In this document: piece by piece, positions 10,601 to 19,933 of the stretch
Numbering within the stretch: position 1 is the stretch's first letter
How the letters are laid out: each line of letters begins with the position of its first letter
Assembly: GCF_028435265.1 (NCBI RefSeq)
Contig: NZ_JAGTJK010000012.1
Span: 38,900 to 102,899 of the forward strand
Source of the DNA: Polyangium jinanense
GTDB taxonomy: Bacteria; Myxococcota_A; Polyangia; Polyangiales; Polyangiaceae
Direction of reading: 5' to 3'
DNA: 64,000 nt
Position numbers and translations under genes: made by a program
The notes under the pieces: model-generated
What the model saw: only the letters and a program-made list of their open reading frames with translations
Told to the model about the DNA's origin: nothing
The model's database searches: none

Positions 10601-11498
10601 GCCGCTCGTCGACGCGCGCCTCCTGCTCGGGCTCGGGCGCTCCTCGCACCGCGCCGACCGCAACGAAGAGGCGGCGCGGGACCTCCTCGCCGCGGCGGAG
10701 AGGGCGGCGGAGCTCGGGGAGGAGGGCTACGAGACGCGGACGATCGCGCTCCTCTTGCTCGGGTTCATCTTGCCGGGCCTCGGGCGCTCCGACGAGGGGG
10801 CTGCCGTTCTCGACGAGGTCATTCATGGCTGCGAGGTCCGCGCCGACCTCCTTCACCTTGGCGGCGCGCTCGCCAACCGGGGCCTCGTCCGGGCTTGCCG
10901 CGGCGATCGGGCCGGGCTCATCGCCGATTACGAGCAAACCATTGCCATCGGCCGCGAGATCGGCCAGCCCACGCTGGAGCTCATCGGGCATTACAATCTG
11001 GGTGAATATCTTTACCTGATGGACGACCTCCCCGCGGCCGAGCCATACATCCGCTCCGCCGCGGCCTCGTTTCCGCGGCCGAACATCGGGGCGCACCCTG
11101 CGATCGTCAAGTTGCTCGAAGCCCGGGTTCACCTTTATCGCGGCGACGAGGCTTCTGCGGCGGCGATCATAGCGGCCATTCGCAAGGAGCAGGTGGAAGC
11201 GCGGGCACAGGGGACCGAGATTTTGGCGCCCTCCGAGGAGGTCCTCTGCGCCATGGTCGAGCTTGCCACGACCGACGCGTCGGCGGAGCGCTGGGACGAG
11301 CTCGAAGAGCGCTCGACGCGGTGCTCGGTGGGACAGGAGCGGCTCGAGGTCCTCGAAGCGCGGGCGCTCACGGCGCTCCGCCGGGGCCGGCGCGACGACG
11401 CTGCGCGGCACCTCGAGGCCGCGCTCGACGTGGCCTCGCGGGTTGCGAACGTCATGACGCCGCGGCTCCGGCGTGCGCTCGTCGCGGCGAAGGGTTGA
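7680..11498 (+). CDS. Ser/Thr protein kinase fused to an AAA (STAND-like) ATPase and C-terminal TPR-like repeats (paralog 1)
   Basis: The N-terminal Hanks kinase has GGMGQVYRA, VAAKIL, HRDLKPGNV and DFG...APE motifs. A P-loop VVTGSAGIGKSRL follows, then a roughly 600-aa alpha-helical repeat region. Total length is 1272 aa. Confidence 0.85.
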   Translation: MRVGQVLAQRFRVDAQVGGGGMGQVYRAFDLSSGEIVAAKILNDTAPETVARFEREGRALARLSHPGIVRYVAYDVMPDGQPFLVMEWLEGEDLAQRLARTHLTVPETITLATRVAEALGAAHAQGIVHRDLKPGNVFLVGGRSESPKILDFGIAFFGGSARITATGTMMGTPSYIAPEQARSGGVVDASADVFSLGCLLFECLSGRPPFQGDHFVAVLAKVIFEEAPRLHELGVVVPPWLDELVARMLSKEPTRRPRDGATLARALEAETIDDDGLDDVPPRSLGKRERRFLGVVLLGPPASAPPITSTSKTLAVSTPDTMRSVVTRFGAHLELLADGTAVVILDHTSVPTDIAAQVARCALALREFFPGVPIAVTTGWCELGRGLPVGEAIERAIWLLHMEGPVPGPRVAIDETTAGLLDSRFDFVELAPGGCELRGERVSAEAFRPLLGKLTPCVGREHELALLEQSFTNAENEPAALAVVVTGSAGIGKSRLVHEFIERRKRAAAPVEILWGRGDLQRAGSTFGLLADVLWRAAEVKGGEPIEVRRERLAAFVARHVPERDLRRVTEFLGELSGIPFPDEDSLPLRAARQDPELCGEQIRRAFRDFLRALCAERPALIVVEDVHWGDRASVSALEAALRELADEPIFLVATARPEVEQVFPQLWVECGRQEIRLKHLSVKASARLARKVLGDAAETPLIERLVTLSEGHPFFLEELVRAASEDSLGESLPETIVAMVQTRLERLEPRARRALRAASILGEVFWRGAVVHMVGEGDPSSDPLAALVAGEICSKHRESRFPKDEEYAFRHALLREGAYALLTDDDRELGHRLAGEWLERAGETDPLILANHFERGGRLDRAGTMYIRGAEQASARRNYPDAERYFARADELLSGLPAVARRARGLARFRRGQYEDAVTELAAARAQAEAAGDVLLQVELLLDESIVFDWMGDVKRAEELVLDAKARYVEGTSPLVDARLLLGLGRSSHRADRNEEAARDLLAAAERAAELGEEGYETRTIALLLLGFILPGLGRSDEGAAVLDEVIHGCEVRADLLHLGGALANRGLVRACRGDRAGLIADYEQTIAIGREIGQPTLELIGHYNLGEYLYLMDDLPAAEPYIRSAAASFPRPNIGAHPAIVKLLEARVHLYRGDEASAAAIIAAIRKEQVEARAQGTEILAPSEEVLCAMVELATTDASAERWDELEERSTRCSVGQERLEVLEARALTALRRGRRDDAARHLEAALDVASRVANVMTPRLRRALVAAKG

Positions 11499-11751
11499 GG
11501 GCGAGCACCCTTTCGTTTCGTAAGGGCCGCATCAGGTTTTTACTGTATGCAATGCGTCGCGATCGTGCGCCGACGCACCCTTCTTATTTGGCGTCGCGTG
11601 GCACTTGCGCATGTTGAGCAATTTCGGCGCAGTGGTTTCGCCATTTTTGTGCTTGCTTCGTTCTTGGAATGCATCTAGACATAATGGAATGTCCGGAAAC
11701 TCTGCGACATTCGGCTCCGTTGGTTTCTTGCTGCAGGAGCGGAGGTCAATC

Positions 11752-12588
11752 ATGCGTGTTCTCGGTCGAGGGGCTCAGCTCGTGGTTTTGGCGGCGGCTC
11801 TTGGAGGGTGCACCGCGGAGGTGGGGCCGGAGGAGGATGCGGTCGGGGTTGCGGAGGGCGAGATCGTCAAGACCAATGCGCTCAACGTGAATGCGCTCAA
11901 CGTGAACGCGCTCAATGTGAACGCGCTCAACGTGAACGCGCTCAACGTGAACGCGCTCGATCCGGATTCGCTCTCGGCGATCCGGAATCCTGGGGCGAAC
12001 GGCGACCTCGCCCGCGAGTTCGTCAAGTACGCCGTGAGCTGCGCGCTCAATGCGGGCCAGACGTTCGAGTTCTCCTGGACCGACGCGCAGGGCGTCGAGC
12101 ACCCCGAGGTTTACGTGGGTGCGCTCGGGCTCTCACCGGACTGGCACACGGGCCCGCTCGACCTGACGGGCCAGCGCATGGTGAGCGCTTGCCTCGCGGG
12201 GCTCACGAATTACTACGGCACGCACGTCACCATCTCGATGCGCGCGCCCGAGGTGCCTTTGAAGGTCATCGACCCGGCCGAGCTCACGAACTACCCGAAC
12301 ATCGAGGGCGCGTTCTGGGGCAACCTCTGGGGCGATACGTCCTATGTCCACGCCTGTTACAACGCCGATACGATCGCGAACTCCCGCGCCCATTCTCGCG
12401 ACTGCGCCGCGGGCCACCTGAACCCCGACAACTCCATCGACGAGTGCGGCCTCATCGATATCGTGGGTCCGTGCAGCGAGGTCTGCGAGCCGGTGAACGG
12501 TGAGACGGGCGCGTACCCCTCGTGCATCGTGCACCCGGGGCAGGATCCCACCATGACCGAGCACATCATCACGACCGCGCTGCCCTGA
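11752..12588 (+). CDS. secreted Cys-rich lipoprotein with six NALNV pentapeptide tandem repeats (paralog A of three)
   Basis: I chose the start MRVLGRGAQLVVLAAALGGC (lipobox) with a GGAGG RBS. The body carries the (NALNV)x6 repeat and conserved GQRMVSAC...EGAFWGNLWG...ACYN...SRDCAAGHL...ECG.IDIVGPCS motifs shared with the two downstream paralogs. Confidence 0.65.
   Translation: MRVLGRGAQLVVLAAALGGCTAEVGPEEDAVGVAEGEIVKTNALNVNALNVNALNVNALNVNALNVNALDPDSLSAIRNPGANGDLAREFVKYAVSCALNAGQTFEFSWTDAQGVEHPEVYVGALGLSPDWHTGPLDLTGQRMVSACLAGLTNYYGTHVTISMRAPEVPLKVIDPAELTNYPNIEGAFWGNLWGDTSYVHACYNADTIANSRAHSRDCAAGHLNPDNSIDECGLIDIVGPCSEVCEPVNGETGAYPSCIVHPGQDPTMTEHIITTALP
11875..11964 (+). repeat. six tandem 15-bp repeats (aaYgcgctcaaYgtg) encoding (NALNV)6
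   Basis: Near-perfect direct repeats seen in the sequence. They are in frame within the lipoprotein gene. Confidence 0.9.
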
Positions 12589-12769
12589 ACGGGCCCTTTC
12601 CCACCGGCACCGTCCCGTACACCCCCCCCTCCATCGCGCGCGACCGGCCCGATGCTCGCGCCGCGCAACGCGTTGTGCCCTCCGATCATCCAAGCACGAA
12701 CCCGTCGGCGATCCGTCCGGCACTCGAAGCGGTCGTCCACGGGGTTCGAATCCGTACAAGGGAGGGCTT

Positions 12770-13597
12770 ATGCAAGTTTGGTTCAGGACGATAGGGCTCC
12801 TGGTTTGCTTATCGGGTTGTGCAGGGGTCGGCGAGATCTCCGAGGACGTACTCGAGGCCGAGGGCGTGCTGGTGCAGGGTAACAAACTGGCCGCGAACTC
12901 GCTCGCGTTGAACTCGCTGGCGCTGAACGGAATTGCCCTGAATGGGATCGGGCTGAATTCGATGGATCCGACGTCGCTTTCGGCCATCCAGGACGCGGGC
13001 GTGAAGGGCGCGCGTGCGCGCGCGTTCCTTCGTTACGCGATCGGCTGCGCCTTCGCGCCCTCGCAGAGCTTCGCGTTCACCTGGTGGGACGCGGCGCGCG
13101 TCGCTCACGAAGAGACGTACCACGGGGAGCTGGGCGTCGCCCCCGGCTGGTCCACGGGGCCCCTCGACCTCCAGGGGCAACGCATGGTGAGCGCCTGCGT
13201 GGCTGCGCGGGTCAACTATTACGAGGTGCCGGTGCTCATATCGATCCGATCGACGCAGCCGCCCCTCGAGGTCCCCGGGGACAAGGAGCTCGACCATTTC
13301 CCGGACGTCGAGGGCGCGTTCTGGGGCAACCTCTGGGGCACCGCGCCCGCCATCTACGCTTGCTACAACAGCGAGACCGTCGCGAACTCCCGCGGGTGGA
13401 GCCGCGACTGCGCCGCAGGGCATTTGCGCGACGACGGCACGATCGAGGAGTGCGGCATGATCGACATCGTCGGCCCCTGTAGCGCCGTGTGCGGACCTTT
13501 GATCAGCGGCGGTCGATACTACCGATTATGCGGTGACAAACCTGACGGGAAAGGCAAATCGAAAACGAACCTCGTCGTGACGACCGCGCTGCCCTGA
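12770..13597 (+). CDS. secreted Cys-rich lipoprotein, paralog B (NSLAL/NGIAL repeats)
   Basis: Signal/lipobox LLVCLSGC. It has 5 degenerate pentapeptide repeats and the same conserved C-terminal domain as 11752..12588. Confidence 0.65.
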   Translation: MQVWFRTIGLLVCLSGCAGVGEISEDVLEAEGVLVQGNKLAANSLALNSLALNGIALNGIGLNSMDPTSLSAIQDAGVKGARARAFLRYAIGCAFAPSQSFAFTWWDAARVAHEETYHGELGVAPGWSTGPLDLQGQRMVSACVAARVNYYEVPVLISIRSTQPPLEVPGDKELDHFPDVEGAFWGNLWGTAPAIYACYNSETVANSRGWSRDCAAGHLRDDGTIEECGMIDIVGPCSAVCGPLISGGRYYRLCGDKPDGKGKSKTNLVVTTALP

Positions 13598-13722
13598 TCG
13601 CCGCTCCGACCCGGACACCTTTCCGCGCAGCGTGCGACCGAGCCGCGCAACGCATTCCAGCCAGAGATCATCGAAGCCCGATACCCCCCGCGGACGAACC
13701 GCCCCGGGGAGAATGCCGTTCC

Positions 13723-14565
13723 TTGGAGGTGGACATGCGAGCTTGGTCGCCGTTGATGATGCTCTTCGCGTTGACCCCCGGTTGCACCGCTTACATCGAC
13801 GAGACTTCTGATGACGTCATGGAGGCGGAGGTCGCGCTGGTGCAGGGAAACCACCTGTCTTCGAACGCGCTCGCGCTCAATTCGCTCGCGCTGAACGGGA
13901 TCGCCCTGAACGGGATCGCGCTGAATACCCTCGACCCGAAGGCCCTCACGGCGATAGAGGACCCGGGGTCCAATGGCACGCTTGCCCGTCGTTTTCTCAA
14001 ATATGCGGTCGGCTGCGCCTTCACCACCTCGCAGAGTTTTTCCTTCTCCTGGACCGACGCGTCGAACGTGGTCCACGACGAGACGTATTGGGGCGAGCTC
14101 GGCGTCGCGCCCGGCTGGGCCACGGGGCCGCTCAACACACAGGGGCAGTACATGGTGAGCGCCTGCCTGGCGGCCCGCGTCAATTATTACGAGGTGCCCG
14201 TCGTCATTTCGATCCGATCACTCACCGAGCCCTTGAAGACGCTCAGCGGCAGCTCGGAGCTCGCCGCGTATCCGGACGTCGAAGGCGCGTTCTGGGGCAA
14301 CCTGTGGGCGCCCACGCCATTTCTTCACGCCTGCTACAACAGCAATACGGTGACGAACTCCCGATCCTGGAAACGCGATTGCGCCGTGGGGCACCTCGTC
14401 GCCGGCGGAGGTGTCGAGGAGTGCGGGATGATCGACATCGTCGGTCCCTGCTCCACGGCGTGTCAGACCTTGAACGGCGCGGGTCAGTATTATCCGTCCT
14501 GCACCGAAAGGCCCGGCCAGAGCTCGACGACCACGAAGTTCGTACTTACCACTGGATTGCCCTGA
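13723..14565 (+). CDS. secreted Cys-rich lipoprotein, paralog C
   Basis: Signal LFALTPGC, repeats NALALNSLALNGIALNGIALN, and the same conserved domain (GQYMVSAC, EGAFWGNLW, IDIVGPCS). Confidence 0.65.
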   Translation: MEVDMRAWSPLMMLFALTPGCTAYIDETSDDVMEAEVALVQGNHLSSNALALNSLALNGIALNGIALNTLDPKALTAIEDPGSNGTLARRFLKYAVGCAFTTSQSFSFSWTDASNVVHDETYWGELGVAPGWATGPLNTQGQYMVSACLAARVNYYEVPVVISIRSLTEPLKTLSGSSELAAYPDVEGAFWGNLWAPTPFLHACYNSNTVTNSRSWKRDCAVGHLVAGGGVEECGMIDIVGPCSTACQTLNGAGQYYPSCTERPGQSSTTTKFVLTTGLP

Positions 14566-14655
14566 TACCACCCCGAAAGTGCAGTCTCTCTTTCCACGCC
14601 TTCCTCCGTTCCAGGCGGGCTCCACACCATTACATTCGACCCGGTCGGATATCGA

Positions 14656-17600
14656 TTGTCGTTTCCTTCCCGATGGCCCCTGGACGCGGGAAATCCTAGG
14701 GTTACGCTTCCCCTTGTGCGGCCGGGAGAAGTGCTCGGTGGGCGCTTCCGCGTCGAGGCGCGTGTCAATGCAGGGGGGATGGGCGAAATCTTTCGCGCCA
14801 TAGACCTCGTGACCGGTCACGTCGTCGCCGCGAAGATCCTCGTCGCCGTTTCTCCCGAGAGCCTTTCGCGCTTCCGTCGCGAGGCGCAGATCCTGGAGCG
14901 CCTCTCGCATCCCGGCATCGTCCGCTACGTCGCCTACGACACGTCCTCGGCGTCGAGCCCGCTGCTCGTGATGGAATGGCTCGAAGGCGAGGACCTCGGG
15001 CGCAGGCTCGCCCGCGGGCCGCTATCGCTCCGCGAGACCCTCACGCTCGGCCAGCGCCTCGCCGAGGCCCTCTCCGTCGCGCACGACGCCGGCGTCGTGC
15101 ACCGCGATCTCAAGCCGCAAAACGTCTTCCTCGTGAACGGAGCCGTCTCCGAGCCGCGGATCCTCGACTTCGGCATCGCGCATTGTGGGGAAGCTTCGCG
15201 CATCACGCAGACCGGCACCGTCATCGGCACGCCGAGCTACATGGCACCCGAGCAGGTCCGCAGCGGCAGCATCGTCAAGGCGAGCGCCGACGTCTTCTCG
15301 CTCGGATGCCTGATGTTCGAGTGCATCACCGGCGCGCCGCCCTTCCGCGCCGATCACACGATCGCCGTCCTTGCGAAGATCATCTTCGAGGACGCGCCCC
15401 GCCTCGCCGAGCGCGCGCCCGCTGTGCCCTCGTGGCTCGATGGCCTCGTCGCCCGGATGCTCGCCAAAGACCCGCTCGGGAGGCCACAAGACGGCGCGGC
15501 CGTGGCGTTCGCGCTCGCCGCCGAGAAGGACCTCGAGCCCCCGAGCTCGGAGGCCCCACGCTCCTCCGCGCCTCGATCGACGCTCGGGGAGGGCGAGCGG
15601 AGGTTCCTCGGCGTCGTGCTCCGCGGCCGCCGTGATATCGCGCTCGGCCCGTTCGGCCCGACGACCACGCTCGCCTGCAACTCGCCCACGGACGACCTCG
15701 GCGCGATCGCCGAACGCTTCGGCGGACACCTCGAGGTCTTCGCGGACGGCACCGCGGCCGTGGTGATCGATCGGACGCGCGTGCCCACCGACGTCGCGGC
15801 CCACGTCGCCCGCTGCGCGCTCGCGCTCTGGGAGCGGGCGCCCGGCGCCGCCATGGCCGTCGCCGCGGGCTTTGGCGAGCGCGCGCGGGGCGTGCCCGTC
15901 GGCGAGGCCATCGACCGCGCCGCGCGGCTCCTCCACGCGCGGGGCGGCGAGGCCCGTATCGCCCTCGACGAGACCACGGCGGGCCTGCTCGACGCGCGCT
16001 TCGACGTCGAGGCCCAAAAGCGCGGCGGCTTCGCGCTCCTCGGCGAGCGCGCGAGCTTCGAGGTCTCGCGGCCCCTGCTCGGCAAGGCCACGCCTTGCGT
16101 CGGCCGCGAGCACGAGCTCGGCCTCTTCGACCTCACCTTCGGCGCCTGCAAGAACGAGCCGGCCGCGCGTGTCGTCGTCGTCTCCGGCCCCGCGGGCATT
16201 GGCAAATCGCGCCTGCTCCACGAGTTCGTCGAGCGCCAGCGGGCCGCCGTCGAGCCCGCCGAGATCTGGTTCGGCCGCGGCGATCCCTTGCGCGTCGCTT
16301 CGAGCTTCGGCCTGCTCGCCGAGGTCCTGCGCGGCGCCTCGGGCATTCGCGGCGGCGAGCCCCTCGCGCGCCGCCGCGAGTTGCTTTCCGCCCGCGTCGC
16401 GCGCCGCGTCCCCGAGCGGGATCGCCGCCGCGTCGCGAGCTTCCTCGGCGAGCTCGCGGGCGTGCCTTTTCCGGACGACGAGGACTTGCCGCTCCGCGCC
16501 GCGCGGCAGGACCCCGAGCTTTGCGGCGAGCAGATGCAGCGCGCCCTCCGCGATTTTTTGCGCGCGGAATGCGGGGACAAACCCTTGGTCCTCCTCCTCG
16601 AAGACGTGCAATGGGGCGACCGCGCCTCGCTGCTCGCGCTCGACGCCGCGCTCGAGGGCCTCGCGTTCGAGCCGATCTTCCTCCTCGCCTCGGCGCGCCC
16701 CGAGATTGACGAGCTCTTTCCCGGCCTCTGGTCGAGCCGCGGCCGGCAGGACGTGCGCCTCCGGCAGCTCTCGCCGCGGGCGTGCGTGCGCCTCGTTCGC
16801 CACGCGCTCGGCGAGCTTCGCTCTGGGCTCGAAGAGCGCCTCGTCGCGTCCTCCGAGGGGCATCCGTTTTTCCTGGAAGAGCTCATTCGCGCCGAGGCCG
16901 AGGGGCGCGGCGGCACCCCGCCCGGGACGGTCGTGGCCATGGTGCAATCACGCCTCGAACGATTGGAGCCGCGCGCGCGCCGCACCTTGCGCGCCGCGAG
17001 CATTCTCGGCGAGGTCTTCTGGCGTGGCGCGGTCGCGCGCCTCGCGGGCGAGGACGACGAATCCGTCGCGCGTGACCTCGCGGCCCTCGTCTCGCACGAG
17101 ATCGTCACGCGCCAGCGCGAGAGCCGCATTCCTGGCGAACCCCAATATGCGTTCCGACAGGCGCTCTGGCGCGAGGGCGCATATGCGATGCTCACGGACG
17201 AGGATCGCACGCTCGGCCATCACCTCGCGGCCGAATGGCTGGAGGAGAAGGGCGAAGCCGACGCGCTCGTCCTGGCGGAACATTTCGAGCGCGGCGGCGC
17301 CTCGGCGCGGGCGGCCTCGTTTTACCTGGCCTCGGCCGAGCAATCGGCGGCCCGCAAGGATTACCTCGACGCCGAGCGATGTTATGGCAAGGCCGAGGCG
17401 CTCTGGGGCGAGCTCCCAACGCGCGCGCAGCGCGGCCGTGGCCTCTCGCGTTTTCGCCTCGGCCGCTTTCACGATGCGCTCACCGAGCTTGCGCGGGCGC
17501 GCGAGGGCGCGGCGCGGCGCGGGGAGGCGTCGCTCATCGTGGAGCTTTACCTCGACGAGGCCATGGTGCTCGACTGGATGGGCGAATATCGCGAAGCCGA

Positions 17601-18555
17601 ACGCCGCGTGCTCGCCGCGCGTATCGAGGAGCAGGCCCTCCCTTCGCGCTCGCCGCTCCTCGAAGCGCGCCTCTTGCTCGGCGTCGGCCGCTCGGCATTG
17701 CGTGCCGAGCGCGAGGAGGAGGCCGCGGACGAGCTTTCGCGCGCGGCCGAGCTCGCGAGCCGCCTCGGCGACGAGGGATACGAGACCTACGTGATCGCGC
17801 ATCTGCTCCTCACCTACCTCCTGCCCTTGCTCGGCCGGGTCGACGAGGCCGCGGCATTGCTCGACGAGGTCATTCGCCGCTGCGAGGAGCGCGGCGACCT
17901 TTTGCACCTCGGCGCCGCGTGGAACACGCGCGCCATGGTCCGGGGCATTCGTGGCGATCGCGAGGGCATGATCCGGGACTTCGAGCGCACGAGTGAGCTC
18001 GGCCGCGAGCTCGGCCAGCCGACGATGGAGCTCGCGGGTCATTACAACCTGGCCGAGCACCTGTACTGGATGGACGACGTCGAGGCCGCCGAGCCCATGA
18101 TTCGCGCGGCGCTGGCCGTCGCGGCGCGGCGTGCCGGCTGCGTGCGTCCGGCCATGCTCGCCCTGCTCGACGCGCGTATTGCCCTCGCCCGCGGCGATGC
18201 GCGGACGGCGCGGGCCATTGCCTCTGCATTGCGCGGGGGCGCGGCCGAGATGTCGCCCTCGGAGGACGTGCTTTGCGCGATGATCGAGCTCGCGACGGGG
18301 GACGACGGGGGCTCCCTTTCCGACATCGAATCGGCGTGGGAGGCGCTCGAAGCCCGCTCGGCGCGCGCGAGCGTGGGGCAGGAGCACATCGAGGTGCTGG
18401 AGGCGCGGGCGCTGCATGCGTCTCGCCTCGGCCAGCGGGAGCGGGCGATGCGTCAGCTCGAGAAAGCCATCGCGGCAGCGTCGCGGATTCCGAATGTGAT
18501 GAGCGAGCGGCTGCGGCGGAGGCGGGACGAGCTTGCGTGCCTGGGCGCGGCTTGA
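14656..18555 (+). CDS. Ser/Thr protein kinase–AAA ATPase–TPR protein (paralog 2)
   Basis: Closely similar along its full length to 7680..11498 (GGMGEIFRA, HRDLKPQNV, P-loop VVSGPAGIGKSRL). The true start may be the GTG/TTG near 14713-14716, giving VRPGEVLGGRF, which aligns to the paralog 1 N-terminus. Confidence 0.85.
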   Translation: MSFPSRWPLDAGNPRVTLPLVRPGEVLGGRFRVEARVNAGGMGEIFRAIDLVTGHVVAAKILVAVSPESLSRFRREAQILERLSHPGIVRYVAYDTSSASSPLLVMEWLEGEDLGRRLARGPLSLRETLTLGQRLAEALSVAHDAGVVHRDLKPQNVFLVNGAVSEPRILDFGIAHCGEASRITQTGTVIGTPSYMAPEQVRSGSIVKASADVFSLGCLMFECITGAPPFRADHTIAVLAKIIFEDAPRLAERAPAVPSWLDGLVARMLAKDPLGRPQDGAAVAFALAAEKDLEPPSSEAPRSSAPRSTLGEGERRFLGVVLRGRRDIALGPFGPTTTLACNSPTDDLGAIAERFGGHLEVFADGTAAVVIDRTRVPTDVAAHVARCALALWERAPGAAMAVAAGFGERARGVPVGEAIDRAARLLHARGGEARIALDETTAGLLDARFDVEAQKRGGFALLGERASFEVSRPLLGKATPCVGREHELGLFDLTFGACKNEPAARVVVVSGPAGIGKSRLLHEFVERQRAAVEPAEIWFGRGDPLRVASSFGLLAEVLRGASGIRGGEPLARRRELLSARVARRVPERDRRRVASFLGELAGVPFPDDEDLPLRAARQDPELCGEQMQRALRDFLRAECGDKPLVLLLEDVQWGDRASLLALDAALEGLAFEPIFLLASARPEIDELFPGLWSSRGRQDVRLRQLSPRACVRLVRHALGELRSGLEERLVASSEGHPFFLEELIRAEAEGRGGTPPGTVVAMVQSRLERLEPRARRTLRAASILGEVFWRGAVARLAGEDDESVARDLAALVSHEIVTRQRESRIPGEPQYAFRQALWREGAYAMLTDEDRTLGHHLAAEWLEEKGEADALVLAEHFERGGASARAASFYLASAEQSAARKDYLDAERCYGKAEALWGELPTRAQRGRGLSRFRLGRFHDALTELARAREGAARRGEASLIVELYLDEAMVLDWMGEYREAERRVLAARIEEQALPSRSPLLEARLLLGVGRSALRAEREEEAADELSRAAELASRLGDEGYETYVIAHLLLTYLLPLLGRVDEAAALLDEVIRRCEERGDLLHLGAAWNTRAMVRGIRGDREGMIRDFERTSELGRELGQPTMELAGHYNLAEHLYWMDDVEAAEPMIRAALAVAARRAGCVRPAMLALLDARIALARGDARTARAIASALRGGAAEMSPSEDVLCAMIELATGDDGGSLSDIESAWEALEARSARASVGQEHIEVLEARALHASRLGQRERAMRQLEKAIAAASRIPNVMSERLRRRRDELACLGAA

Positions 18556-18640
18556 TTCAGCCCTCGTGGCCGCGTCGTCTGGCGTGTCTCGTGGAGCAGC
18601 CCCGCGAGCTTCTGCGCGACGGGCAGGAGCCCGCCGGTGG
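18500..18640. repeat. copy A of a duplicated convergent-gene junction (kinase 3' end plus a fragment of the 3' end of a small gene)
   Basis: 18502-18560 matches 19936-20004 (2 mismatches in about 69 bp). 18577-18640 matches 20183-20245. Copy A lacks about 175 bp present in copy B. Confidence 0.8.
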
Positions 18641-18810
18641 TCCGTTCATGGGACGATCCGGGCTCGCCGGAAGCTGGGTGCAGGGATCGCGGGTATGGGT
18701 GGGTCGAGCCCGACAGCCGTGGGCGCCCCAATCACGGGGGCCATCCACCGTGAGGAGGACCACGGACGGCGCTGTGGCCGTCATGGGCCACAGCGCCACG
18801 TGGGTGGAAA

Positions 18811-19491
18811 TCAGTTGACGTTCGTCGCTTCGTCGTAGAAGCGGAGCTGCGCCACCTTCAAGCCGTTGTTGTCGTAATCCCAGAGGAAATTCTCGTATCC
18901 ATCGGCGAAGAGCGGCACACGATCGATGTCGCCGTCGCCGTCCACGTCCGCGTACACGTAGAGCAGCTCCTTCGAGACGTTCGTGAACGTCTGCTTGCCC
19001 TTCGTGCGATCGAGCTCCATCGAATAAACGCTGCAGTACTCCTCCGCCTCGTCCGTCGGGCTCGTCACCGTCTCGGTCATGCACGTCGTGGTCGTCGATG
19101 AGCCGCCGGGCGTACCGAGCGGGCGCGCGAACACCGAATACGAGGTAATTCCGTCGTTATCGGCGTCGGCCGCGGGGAGCTCGAATTTCGCGCCGTTGGC
19201 GTCGGTGCCGTTGGCATCGAGCACGTTGAAGGACGGACCCTCCGCGAGGTAAATCTGCGCCGGTCCGTCGAGCGGCACGAAGATGCGGCTGCCACTGTTT
19301 CCCGTCATATCCGGGTTCTTGCCCTTCGGAACGCCGATGATGTTGAGCGTGTGATGCGAGCCGCTCGGGGCGCCATTTCCGTTCGCCTGCTCCGCCACGC
19401 CGAGATCTCTTTCCTCGTGCAGTTCGGACGCGCAGCCGAACAGGAGAGCGCAGAGAGGAAGAGCAGCAAAAGTGAATTTGATCGTGTTCAT
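18811..19491 (-). CDS. secreted lipoprotein, hypothetical (Asp-rich DGDGDID motif)
   Basis: I chose the internal start MNTIKFTFAALPLCALLFGC (lipobox). The 226-aa protein is Asp/Gly-rich with a possible Ca-binding DVDGDGDID motif. Confidence 0.55.
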   Translation of the reverse strand: MNTIKFTFAALPLCALLFGCASELHEERDLGVAEQANGNGAPSGSHHTLNIIGVPKGKNPDMTGNSGSRIFVPLDGPAQIYLAEGPSFNVLDANGTDANGAKFELPAADADNDGITSYSVFARPLGTPGGSSTTTTCMTETVTSPTDEAEEYCSVYSMELDRTKGKQTFTNVSKELLYVYADVDGDGDIDRVPLFADGYENFLWDYDNNGLKVAQLRFYDEATNVN

Positions 19492-19933
19492 TGGGGGACG
19501 GCCTCCTTTTTGGGAGCCGGGGGCTCCATGTGTTGGCGCATTCTCCCATGGCACCAGCCATACCAAGTTTTATATGTTTTCCTCGCCGTCCGGACGCGCG
19601 CCCTATGTGCAATGCAAGCGCGGTGGTCATTCAGCTGTGCATGAGCTGCCTTCTATGGTCTGATTGCACGGCGAAGTGACCACCAAGTGATGTGACCCAC
19701 GTGCTCACAGGGGAGAGGTTACGCTGAGATCGTGCTCTGCGAGCACTGGGCGGTTGCCCCGGACGGGGAGGGGAACGGCGAACCACGCATTTCGCCGCGA
19801 GCGATTTGGCCATTTGTCGACGTCGTCACGATGCTCATGAGCTTCCTCAGCGTTGGAGACGGAAGCTCACGAATCGCCCAGGAGCGTTCGGAGGGAAAGG
19901 ACGACGAGGAAGCAGACGATCGATGGTTCGATC

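Noticed and set aside
7566-11411. Long minus-strand and alternate-frame ORFs (7566..9359, 8318..10315, 9510..11411, 8759..9505, 10190..11005) inside kinase paralog 1
   Set aside because: Their translations are Arg/Ser/Ala/Pro-rich junk. The plus-strand frame carries complete kinase and P-loop motifs.
11556-11580. TGGCAC…TTGC-like sequence resembling a sigma-54 promoter upstream of lipoprotein paralog A
   Set aside because: The GG/GC spacing does not fit the -24/-12 consensus (GG-N10-GC).
12735-12760. GGTTCGAATCC (tRNA T-loop-like) motif in the spacer between lipoprotein paralogs A and B
   Set aside because: The flanking sequence cannot form a T-stem, acceptor stem or anticodon arm, and there is no CCA-compatible 3' end. 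This is coincidental.
15022-18417. Minus-strand ORFs 15022..16947, 15354..17210 and 16948..18417, and plus alternate-frame ORFs 15872..17794 and 17235..17996, inside kinase paralog 2
   Set aside because: Same reasoning. They are antisense or alternate frames of a well-supported gene.
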